From assembly GCF_036365525.1 (NCBI RefSeq), contig NC_090375.1:199197864-199261863 (forward strand): 64,000 nucleotides of DNA, written 5' to 3'. Each line of letters starts with the position of its first letter. Position 1 is the stretch's first letter. The notes beneath the pieces were generated by a model. That model did no database searches. It saw only the letters and a program-made list of their open reading frames with translations, and had not been told where the DNA came from. This DNA is from Heterodontus francisci. Taxonomy: Eukaryota. Shown piece by piece: positions 38,027 through 48,914 of this stretch. The translations under genes were made by a program, and so were the position numbers.

Positions 38027-39460
38027 TAGTTCTATCTTTTCTCCACTGGCCCAGTCTCTTCCCACCTACATCAGTGACTCTTCTGATGCCTTACGTCATT
38101 GTGACAATTTCCAGTTTCCTGGCCCCTAGGCCTCCTCTAGCCTCCTCTTCACTATGGACGTCCAATCTCTCTACACCTCCAACCCCCACTGTTTGAGGGC
38201 TCTCCGCTTCTTCCTTGAACAGAGGCCCAACCAGTCTCCATCCACCACCACCCTCCTCTGCCTGGCTGATCTTGTTCTCACATTGAACAACTTCTCCTTC
38301 AACTCCACGCACTTCCTTCAAGTAAAAGGAGTTGCTATGGGTACCCGCATGGGTCCTAGTTATGCCTGTCTTTTTGAGGGATATGTCGAGCATTCTTTGT
38401 TCCAGTCCTACTCAGGCCCCCTCCCCCAACTCTTTTTCCGGTACATTGATGACTGTATCGGTGCCGTTTCCTGCTCCCGCCACGAACTGGAAAACGTTCT
38501 CAACTTTGCTTCTAATTCCACCCTTCTCGCACCTTTACAGGGTCCATCTCTGACACTTCCCTTCCCTTCCTCGACTTCTCTGTCTCCATCTCTGGGGATA
38601 GGTTGTCCACTAATATCCATTATAAGCCCACCAACTCCCACAGCTACCTTGACTACACTTCTTCACACCCTACCTCCTGTAAGGACTCCATTCTCCCAGT
38701 TTCTCCGTCTCCGACGCATCTGCTCTGATGATGCTACCTTTCATGACGGTGCTTCTGATATATCTTCCTTTTTCCTCAACCGAGGATTCCCCCTCACTGT
38801 TGTTGACAGGGCCCTCAACCGTGTCCGGCCCATTTCCCGCATCTCTACCCTGACCCCTTCCCCTCCCTCCCAGCACTGTGACAGGGTTTCCCCGTCCTCA
38901 CTTTCCACCCCATCAGCCTCCATAACCAAAGGATCATCCTCCGCCATTTCTGCTACCTCCAGTGTGATGCCACTGCCAAACACATCTTCCCCTCCCTTCC
39001 CCTGTCAGCATTCCGATGGGATCATTCCCTCTGCGACACCCTGGTCCACTGCTCCATTACCCCCACCACCTCCTCCCCTTCCCATGGCACCTTCTCCTGC
39101 AATCGCAGGAGGTGTATCACCTGCCCATTTACCTCTTCTCTCCTCACTATCCCAGTCCCCAACCACTCCTTTCAGGTGTAGCAGCGATTTACTTGTACTT
39201 CTTTCAATGTAGTATACAGTATTCGCTGCTCACAATCTCGTCTCCTCTGCATCGCGGAGACCAAACGCAGACTGGGTGACCACTTTGCGGAACACCTCCA
39301 CTCAGTCCACAAGCAGGACCCTGAGCTTCCGGTTGCTTGCCATTTCAACACTCCCCCCTGCTCTCATGCTGACATCTCTATACTGGGCTTGCTGCAGTGT
39401 TCCAGTGAACATCAACACAAGCTCGAGGAATAGCATCTCATTTACCGATTAGGCACACTA
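38027..39460 (+). mobile_element. Penelope-like element fragment (RT + GIY-YIG endonuclease)
   Basis: MDVQSLYTS...NNFSFN..FLQVKGVAMGTRMGPSYA...FFRYIDD (38154), followed by FTCTSFNVVYSIRCS...ETKRRLGDHFAEH (~39190-39300). Confidence 0.9.
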
Positions 39461-42235
39461 TGGCCCAATACATTCCACACTGTGTCAGTACATTCAAACC
39501 AAGGGACTAACGTTGGTTCAATGAGGAGTGTAGGAGAGCATGCCAGGAACAACACCAGGTATATCTAAAATGATGTACTATGCTGGTGAAACTTCAAAAC
39601 AGGACTACAAACATGCTGAACAGTGGAAAAAGATGCTTTAATTAGAGTTAAGTGACTCAACAACCATAATATTAGAACAAATCTCTGCAGTTCTGCCATA
39701 TCCACTGGTGAACAGTGATGGACAGTTTAAGAACTTGCGGGAGTTCCCCATAACAACCCCAGGAAGTTCCCATAATAAATTCTGGCAGACGCTGGCCAGT
39801 ACATCAGTGCAAAAGACAAGACTGAAGAAGTTGTTACCATCTTCAGCTCGAAGTACCAAGTGGATGATCCATCTCGGCCTCCTCCTGCAGTTCCCAGCAT
39901 CATAGATGCCAGTCTTCAGCCAAATCGATTCACTCCAGGTGATATTAAGAAACGGCGGAGGTCACTGGACACAGCAAAGGCCATAGCGTGACAACTTAAT
40001 GGCTGCATTGCTCAGGACTTGTGCTCCAGAACTAGCCATGCCCCTATCAAGTTGCACTAGTGCAGTTACAACACTGTAATCAACTCGACAATGTGGAAAA
40101 TTTCCCAGGTATGTCCCGTGCACAAAAAGCAGGACAAATACAATGCAGCCAATTACTGCTCCATCAATCTACTCTCAATCATCAGCAAAGTGATGGAATG
40201 TGTTGTCAACTGTGCTATCATACAGCACTTACCCAGCAATAACCTGCTGCAAACTGATAAAATGTCATGACCTGAAATGATAACTCCGTTTCTCTCTCCA
40301 CAGTTGCTGCCTGAGCTGCTGTGTATTTCCAGCACTTTCTGTTTTTGTTGCACTGTGATAGCTCCCCTGCCCTTCTTTGAAATAGTGCCATGGGATCTTT
40401 TATGTACAACTGAGAGTGCAGACGGGGCCACAGTTTCACATCTCATCCAAAAGACAGCACCTCTGAGAGTGCAGCACTCCCTCAGTACTCCACTATAGTG
40501 TCTGTCTGGAGTTTTGTGCTTAAGTCCTGGAGTAAGACATAAAATCACAACCTTCTGATTGATACACAAAAGTGCTTCCAGCTGCCATGGCTGACACAAT
40601 CCCCATGACTCCAGGGACTTAAGGGAAATGGCGCAGCCTCCAGAAACATGAAGGATGGCACTGCAGGACCGCCAATGTACTCTGACCCCCTACACATTAG
40701 CTGACAACCTTCAATCCCCAGTTTGATCAGCATTTAATCCTTTATGCTACAATAAAACATATGGCCAGTTTTACTGTAGGATTCAGCTGATTCCTCACCC
40801 ACCATCCCTGTAACCTCCTGAATCCCTACAACCCTCCCTATCTCTGTAAACCCCTCCAGCTCTACAACCTTCCCTATCTCTGTAACCTCGAGCTCATTCA
40901 CCTTCCTATTTCTGTTACCTCTTCCACCCCCGACGCCCCGTGCTTGCACTGTAATCTCCTCTAGCCCCGACAACCCTCCCTATCTCTGTAGATTCCTTCA
41001 GCTTTGAGATCCTCTGATATCTCTGCACTCCTCTATTTCTGGCCTCGTGTGCCTCCTGATTTTAATCACTCCACCTTTGGAGGTCGTGCCTTCAGTCACG
41101 TGGGCCTTATGGTCTGTTACTCCCTCCATATCCTATCCACTTTTCTACCTTTCTCTCCTCCTTTAAAACTCTCCTTATAATCTGTCTCAGTGACCAGACT
41201 TTGGGCCATAGAGAATCATAGAAGCATAGAAAGATTACGGAACAGAAAGAGGCCACTTGGCCCATCGTATCTGTGCCAGCCGAAAAACGTTCTTCCCACT
41301 CTAATCCCACCTTCTAGCATTTGGTCCGTAGCCCTGCAGATTACAGCACTCTGTCCTGATATCTGGTATTGTCAAATTTAGTCTGTTAATGTTCCTATGA
41401 AGTATCTGAGGATGTTTTACTACTTTAAATCTGCAATTTCATTGCAATTTATTGATGCTATTGTTCAATTTATATCGTGTGGACCCGATCTAAACTCCTA
41501 ATATAAATAAATAGCTACAAGCAGCAGCTTCCAAGATAAATCTCCCTGCAATGTCGTTTGCTCCCTGAAAAGTGCTCCCGGGTATCAATCCAAGAAGAAC
41601 ACGGATCAGTCAACCCTGGTTTCCATGGTTATTTGATTAACTGCGCCTGTTTTCAGCCTGTAAGCTGCTTCTCAACGTAATTCTGATGAAAGGCCATCCA
41701 GCTGAAATGTTAACTCTGTTTCTTTCTCCACAGATACTGCCTGGCCTGCTGAGTATTTCCAGCATTTGCTGTTTACATTTCAGATTTCCAGTAAATTTGG
41801 TGCAGCGTCTTCTCAGCAGCTGGGACTATTTACCAGGTGGAGTGTGCATTAGGAAAGTGCTGTTAATGAGGTAAATCAACAACAAAAACAATGCACCTGA
41901 ACACCGCAGTTAATGTAGGGAAATGTATCTCGGCTCTTCACAGGACCATATTCTGGCAAAAATGGACTAAAAGAAGGTATTAGATAAAGTGCAAAAAGTC
42001 TGACTGAAGGTTTTCTTAAAGGAGGGGAAGAGTGATGGAGAGGTGGAGGGTTCTGGACGGTAATTTTAGAGCATTGGACCCAGATGGCTGAAGGCACAGC
42101 CCTCAATGGCGAGGCAAAGAAAGAAGGATCTGGAATATTCACCCCTGGCTAAAATTTCTGCCTTTATGTACCGTGTGGTTTGAAATTCTCGCTTTCAAAA
42201 TTGGTGGTGGTATATAACAGCAACCATATCAGTCA

Positions 42236-43801
42236 TAATAATAAAAACAAGAAATGCTGGAAATACTCAGCAGGTCTGGCAGCATCTGGGAGAGAGAAGC
42301 AGAGTTAACGTTACAGGTCAGTGACACTTCTTTGGAACTGGCAAATATTAGAAATCTCAAAGGTTATAAGCAGGAAAAGTGGGGATGGGGCAAGAGATAA
42401 CAAAGGAGAAGGTGTAGATCGGACAAGACCACAGAATAGCTGACCAGAAGGTCATGGAGCAAAGGCAATCAATATGTTAATGGTGAGTTGAAAGACAAAG
42501 CATTAGTATAGATAGGGTGTTAGCGGACTGAAAATTGAACAGCAGCAAGTAGAAACATGTAAAAAACAGTGGGTAAGCAGTGGGTCTCTGTTTTATCCCG
42601 TTACGTCCACACCTCAATGAATTTCACGTGCGTCACAACGTTGAGCTCTTCTTCCATCACCTCTGCCTCCGGGCTCACTTCTTTGACCAGGTGTCCTCCC
42701 CACCGACCAGCAGACCCATTCACCCACAAAAGTGCCAGGCAATGACCATCTCCAACAAGAGAGAATCTAACCACCTCCCCTTGACATTCAACAGCATTAC
42801 CATCACTGAATCCCCCACTATCAACATCCTAGGGGCTACCATTCACCAGAAACTGAACTGGAATAACCATATAAATACCGTGGCTACAAGAGCAGGTCAG
42901 AGGCTAGAAATCCTGAGGCGAGTAACTCACCTCCTGACTCCCCAAAGCCTGTCCACCATCTACAAGGCACAAGTCAGGAATGTGATGGAATACTCTCCAC
43001 TTGCCTGGATGGGTGCAGCACCAGCAACACTCAAGAAGCTCAACACCATCCAGAAGAAAGCAGCCCACTTGACTGGCACCCCATCGACAAACATTCACTC
43101 CCTCCACCACCAACGCACAGTGGCAGCAGTGTGTACCATCTACAAGATGCACTGCAGCAATGCACCAAGGCTCCTTAGACAGCACCTTCCAAACCCGCAA
43201 CCTCTACCAACTAGAAGGACGAGGGCAGCAAATACATGGGAACACCACCACCTGCAAATTCCCCTCCAAGTCACACACCATCCTGACTTGAAACTGTATC
43301 GCCGTTCCTTCACTGCCACTGGGTCAAAATCCTGGAACTCCCTTCCTAACAGCATTGTGGGTATACCTACCCCAAATGGACTGGAGCGGTTCAAGAAGGC
43401 AGCTCACCACCACCTTATCAAGGGCAATTAGGGATGGGCAATAAATGCTGGCCTGGCCAGTGACGCCCACATCCCATGAATGAATTTTAAAAAAATCTGT
43501 ACTAATGCTTTGTCTTTCAACACGTTAACATATTGTTTGTCTTTGCTCCATGACCTTCTGATTAGCTATTCTGTGGCCTTGTCCTATCTATACCTTCTCC
43601 TTTGTTATCTCTTGCCCTACCCCCGCCTTGCTTGCTTATAACCTTTGACATTTCTAATATTTGCCAGTTCCGAAGAAGGGTCACAGACACGAAACGTTAA
43701 CTGTGCTTCTCTCTCCACAGATGCTGTCAGAGCTGCTGAGTATTTCCAGCATTTCTTGTTTTTATTTCAGATTTCCAGCATCCACAGTATTTTGCTGTTA
43801 T
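42236..43801. mobile_element. Penelope-like insertion with inverted terminal repeats (~42240-42575 and ~43497-43800), a ~14-bp TSD and a nested LINE 3' fragment (~42725-43495, +)
   Basis: Arms are reverse complements. AACCATATCAGTCA (42222) and AACAATATCACTCA (43802) flank it, with a single copy at the empty paralogous site (~4940). Nested ORF reads KCQAMTIS...INILG..KLNW...IYKAQVR.VMEYS. Confidence 0.75.
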
Positions 43802-44297
43802 AACAATATCACTCAGTTTTGACAGACACTTTACACCCAGGAAATTCCTTCCAGCGCTTTTCTGTCAGTTTAACAGTGAGCAGGAGAACAAAGAGCATGT
43901 CAGATTGCACTGGGATGGAGCTCCTGACCCATCAATATTTCAGCCGACAAGCCCAAACTCAGCTACCTGGGAATCTGGATGACACAGTCGCTGCTGCGTG
44001 TGGTGAAGGTTCCCCCACAGTGCTGTCACGCAGGGAGCCCCAAGATTTTGAATCAGTGATGTTGAAGGAATGTTCAAGTCCAATCGCCGTGGCTTAGAGG
44101 TGATGCTGTCCTTCAAGGTGGACGTCGCTGGTTTGGGATTTCCTGTCGAATTGATCACCTTGTATCGCAATGTTAAATATGCGAGGGCAAGAACGAACCA
44201 AATTTTGCTGTTGTAATGCTGTTAAAAAGTGGTTGTGCAATTCAAAGGAGACTTCATTTTACATAATAACTAATAAATACTATCATTAGAAGTCTGA

Positions 44298-44392
44298 AAC
44301 ACAAAAATGAAATGCTGGAAATATTCAGCAGGTCTGGCAGCATCTGTGGAGAGAAGCACATTACAGGTCAGCGACCCTTCAACAGAATAATG
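44298..44392 (-). mobile_element. Short Penelope terminal-repeat fragment inserted upstream of the V at 44558
   Basis: Flanked by GAAGTCTGA/GAAGTGTGA (44289, 44393); a single GAAGTCTGA at the paralogous site ~5417. Confidence 0.7.
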
Positions 44393-44557
44393 GAAGTGTG
44401 ACTGAAAGGCGTGACTTGTGTCAGATGCTACTTTTATACCAGGAGAGAGCAGTATGAACAGGAAGTTGAGTCACACGCGGAATGTTGTGTTAGAGTCATT
44501 GCCCTATATATTTTATCTAGATGTTAATACAAGTGCCACACACCTCAGACAGGCAAC

Positions 44558-44980
44558 ATGTTGCTCTTTTGGGTTGTTTTCGTGACATTTTTTCCACGTA
44601 AATGGATTTATTCTTTACGTTTCAATTGTTTTATTCAGACTATAAAAGTATTTGTAATTTTGTGTTTCTTTCCCCACAGATGGATGCTTTGCTCAGGATT
44701 TGAAACAGAAAAAACTGTCAATCACCGTTCGAACGTGGAGAAGTGCGACAATTACGTGTGAGCTGGGTGAATCAGTCAGTGCTTCCGTTATCCATTGGTA
44801 CAAACAGGCAGCGGGACAGCAGCCCGTTCGGATTCTCTACTACGATGGGAATGTTCGTCGGGATGACGGATTCGATAAAAGGTTTTCAGCAGAGAAGAAC
44901 GGAGACAAAGAACATGTTCTGCTTATTCGCAGTGTAAAGCTAGCGGATGCCGCCACCTATTACTGTGCCTATTGGAAACA
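44558..44980 (+). CDS. TRGV: TCR gamma-type V segment, intact (leader exon 44558-44597, V exon 44680-44980); paralog of the V at 5573
   Basis: MLLFWVVFVTFFP|gtaaat...ccccacag|HGCFAQDLKQKKLSITVRTWRSATITCELGESVSASVIHWYKQ...ADAATYYCAYWK. Confidence 0.9.
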
Positions 44981-45019
44981 CACAGAGCTAAACAGCAATT
45001 CAATCCGCTTACAAAAACC
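44981..45019 (+). other. 23-RSS (CACAGAG-23-ACAAAAACC), identical to 6000-6038
   Basis: Heptamer 44981-44987, spacer 44988-45010, nonamer 45011-45019. Confidence 0.95.
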
Positions 45020-48000
45020 CTCAACACTGCAATTCAAACATCACCAAAACCACATCCGACTCACAGCTGAAAACTGCCGAAATCTTCCTCCTTCAGTTAA
45101 AGGTTTACTCTCTCACATATCGTAAAAATTACACAAAATAAACAGCTACCCTCAACGAGACGTCCATTCCTTTACCTTTAGATCCGACATGGAACATCAC
45201 AGGAGAAGAGGACACAGACAGTGCAATCGGGTGAAATATCCTGTTGATTCTCTCCCCAGACGGTAGCCAGGCGGTGCCCAACACGGCACTGACCCTGTCT
45301 GAGTCTTGCTCACCCATCACCCCATTGTTTTCCAGCCGCAAATGGTTCTCTGGCCCCTAACAATCCAACTGGAAATCTTGATCCTCACTTCCAAATCCTC
45401 CTCTACCCTACCTCTGCAACCTTCCCCACTCTACATCCCGGTCCCTGTCATTTGGTCATCCTATTCTGGCCTCTTTTCCCTCTCTGCTCCGTCACCATTC
45501 AGCCTCGAAAGTCTACACGTTGGGATTCTTTTGCTAAACTCCCCCCTTCCTACTTTTCTCTCCAGCTTTAGAGATCTCCCCAGAAACTATCTCTTTGACT
45601 CTTTAAAAGTAAAGCCTAACTTCCTCACTTTTCAGCAGTCTCTGTTCACTCTTCCCCTCCTATTTAACTGTCATATCTTCTTTATTTGCACCTTGATTTG
45701 TTTTTAAATTAAAGGTAAATGAATAGGAACATCGGAACATGAGGAGACCATTCAGCCCATGAGTTTACTCCACCATTCAATTAGATCTGTCTGTTCTATA
45801 TTTCAACTCCATTTACCTGGCCTTGCTCCATATCCCCATTGATATGCTTACCCCCCAAAAGATCTATCAACCGTGACCCATAACATTTCAATTGTGCTCC
45901 AGCATTCACAGCCTATTGGGGGAAAGAGTTCCAGATTTCCACAACCATTTGTGTGAAGAAATAATTCCTGACATCACCCCTGAACGGCCTAGCACTAATT
46001 TTAAATTACACCCTTGTTCAGGACTCCCCCATTAAAATAAATATTTTCTCTCCATCTACTCTATTGAATCCTTTCCTCATTTAAAAATATTGATTAGAAC
46101 ACCCCTCAATCATCTATACTCAAGAGAATACATGCCAAGGTTATACAATCTGTCCTCAGAATTTAACCCATCATTCTGGTAAATGTACGCTGCAACCCTC
46201 CCAATTCTAGGTATTCATCCTGATGTACAGTATACAGAACTGAATGCAATACTCCAGATGGGATCTGATCAAGGCTGTGTACAACTGAAGCACAATTGCC
46301 TCACTTTTGTATTCTGTTTCTTTCACAGCTGTGGCTCAGTGACAACACTATCACCTTCGAGTTGGGAGGTTATGAGCTTAAGTCCCTTTCCAGACACTTC
46401 AGCGTATAATGTAAGCTGACATTCTAATGTAGTACTGAAGGAGTGCTGCAGTATTGAGGTACCATCTTTCATATGAAGCTAAGGCCCATCTGCCCTATCA
46501 GGATAATATAAAATGCTCCAAGGCACTATTTTGAAGAGCAGAGGAGTTCTCCCTGGTATCCTGGCTAATATTCATCCCTGAACCAAAATCATTATCTGGA
46601 TTATCCCAATGCTGTTTGTGGGGCCATGTTGGCTGCCGTGTCTTTTTTTTACATTACCATAGTGGCTACTCTTCAAAAGTCTTTCTTTCTTCACTACAAA
46701 GGTCAATATTTGAGTATCCGTCTTGATTACACTTTGTTCTTACTCCCTAGCTGTTACTCACATGACCATCAAGATTCCATTAGACTTCTACACTTCCTAG
46801 ATTCTCACCATTAAGAAAATATTCTGGTTGCTCTTTCTTTGCTCTATCATGAATGACCTGCCGGTTCCCCATATTGAACTCCATTTGCCACAGAGTTGCC
46901 CACTCACTTTATCTGTCTATTGGCATTTGTAATTTGCTGCTCTCATCTACACAACCTCCGTGTCATCAGCAAACTTGGACATACAGCTCCATATTCCTTT
47001 ATCCACTAATATATATGGCTAAGAAAATCTGAGGCCCCAGTGCAGATCCCTAGATAAACAACTGTTGTAAATTTCCGTCAATCAGAGTGCATTCGCGTGG
47101 CAGACTTGTTCCTGTTCTCAGTCTCTTAACTCCCAACAGATTAACAACCCATGTTACCTTGAGCTTTCATGTTCAGTAATAATCTCATGCAACACCTTTT
47201 CAAATACCTCTTGGCTGTCCATATAGACACCATACATAGACACGTCCCTTTCCACCATGTTAGTGATCTCCTCAAAAAGTCAAGTAGAACAGTCAGATGT
47301 GACCTAGCCCTCACAAATCCATGCTGAATCTCTGTGCAGTGCAGTCACTCTGTCCCTGCAGACAGACTCCAGCAACCTTCCCACATTTCCTAACACTGGA
47401 GAGCTTTGTGGAGTTATGACCAACACTCCTGTAATTTCCTAACCCATTTTTTTGAAATACCCTGGGTGGAAACCACGAGGGCTTGGAGATTTATTTGTCT
47501 TAATTTCCATTATTTCCATGATAATTTTTTGCCAAGCTCCTCACCTTGCATCATTTTTGAGTTAGCTGGTATCCGTTCATTCATTTGTCTATTTTCTGCT
47601 CTTCCACTGTGAAAATGGATACAAACAAGTCTGTCTCTTCCTTATTATCTGATATAGTCTCACCTGCATCTGCCTTTAAATGGGTCCACAATTCCGAACT
47701 GGCTGCTCCCAATCTTCCTATTGCCCCCAGTAGCAGAAATTAAAAAAAAGTGTCATTTGGATATCTCTTGTATTTTTGTTCTGCTGTGAGACATTTGTTA
47801 ATATCTGCTGCATTTTTGTTCATTACTAAAATATAACCAGTTGTGGTGTGGATCAGTGTGTTGAGCTCACCATGTGGGAAAAACGTGGAGGCGAAGGACA
47901 TCAGGATGAAGGGAGAGGAATCCTGACCGAACACATCATCACTGGGGTTCATATTGGACATATTAAAAATAAAAGGGTAACTGATCAAGCACTCCCACAC

Positions 48001-48914
48001 ATACACACCCAGACAGATGAGTCAGGACATGCCACTGGTGTGGTAGCCTGGGCTGTTACAACATCAAACAGCCTGTCTACAATCACACTCACGGACATTG
48101 ACCTTTTGAAATCTGTGTGAATGGTTTCCTTCTTGCCTTATCAAGATACAGATATCAAAGTTTGGTTGGTAAGCACCTAAGAACTCCTCCTGCTGAGCAC
48201 AGGATATGACCACATGCAGGTGGTCTTCCACAGCCAGGGTGGGATTAATAAGACACTGAATCCCAATCGGATGGACCACTTCATAACTTTACCTTATATG
48301 TCAAGGGTCTGGGGTCAGAAATGTATATAAAACCATAGCTCACAAGGACATTGTTGCTGCAGCTGGGACGTGTGACTTGGTCAGTCATAGGAAATTGTGT
48401 GGGAGAAGTCATTCAGCAGTCCTGACCACCTGGGAACAAGCCTTATATGCTGGTCTACTCAGCAACACATGTTCTAAGTATATACTATTGCCTGGTGAGT
48501 TAATAAAGGTGTTCCAATTAAAGTCCAAATTGTGTCCAAAGTCTGCATCGTGCAATTGATAATCGGTTTGGAGTCAGGACCTTAGAGGTAAGAGAGACCC
48601 ACATTTTAAGAGTCTTACAGCTGGCGACCACGATCAGGTACCCTGAAAGAAAAATCTAACCAGGTTTTGGATGGGTTGTCACGAAATGCGTGGCAGTGAA
48701 TTTGCCTCTAAAACAGAGGTGAGTACAGATCAGCCTGGAGGGGGTGAACAGGTATATGGGGCTAAAGAGTGGACACAGATGTCTATGTGTCGGCAAAGCT
48801 TGGAAACAACAGTTTGGGTGATGGCACATCAGCATCAGCATAGGAATTATGAAGCCAAGACAGTAAAAGTTAGTCAGGAGCTTGATGAGAGAGATAAGAA
48901 GCTAAACATGGACA

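Larger units (their letters stand above)
33666..47010 (+). repeat. Segmental duplication, copy B, containing two versions of one sub-block (~35370-38026 and ~39460-42085)
   Basis: Paired ORFs: 2324/39638, 2779/35926/40060, 2996/36185/40277, 3264/36428/40545, 3910/41190, 5719/44700, 6263/45306. Confidence 0.9.

Noticed and set aside
5573-44980. Assignment as IgH, IgL, IgNAR or NAR-TCR V
   Set aside because: No octamer promoter, no adjacent D/J/C cluster as in shark Ig loci, full-length FR2/CDR2 (unlike VNAR), and IHWY/RILYY/YYCAYW motifs fit TRGV. The constant region is not in view, so the chain remains an inference.
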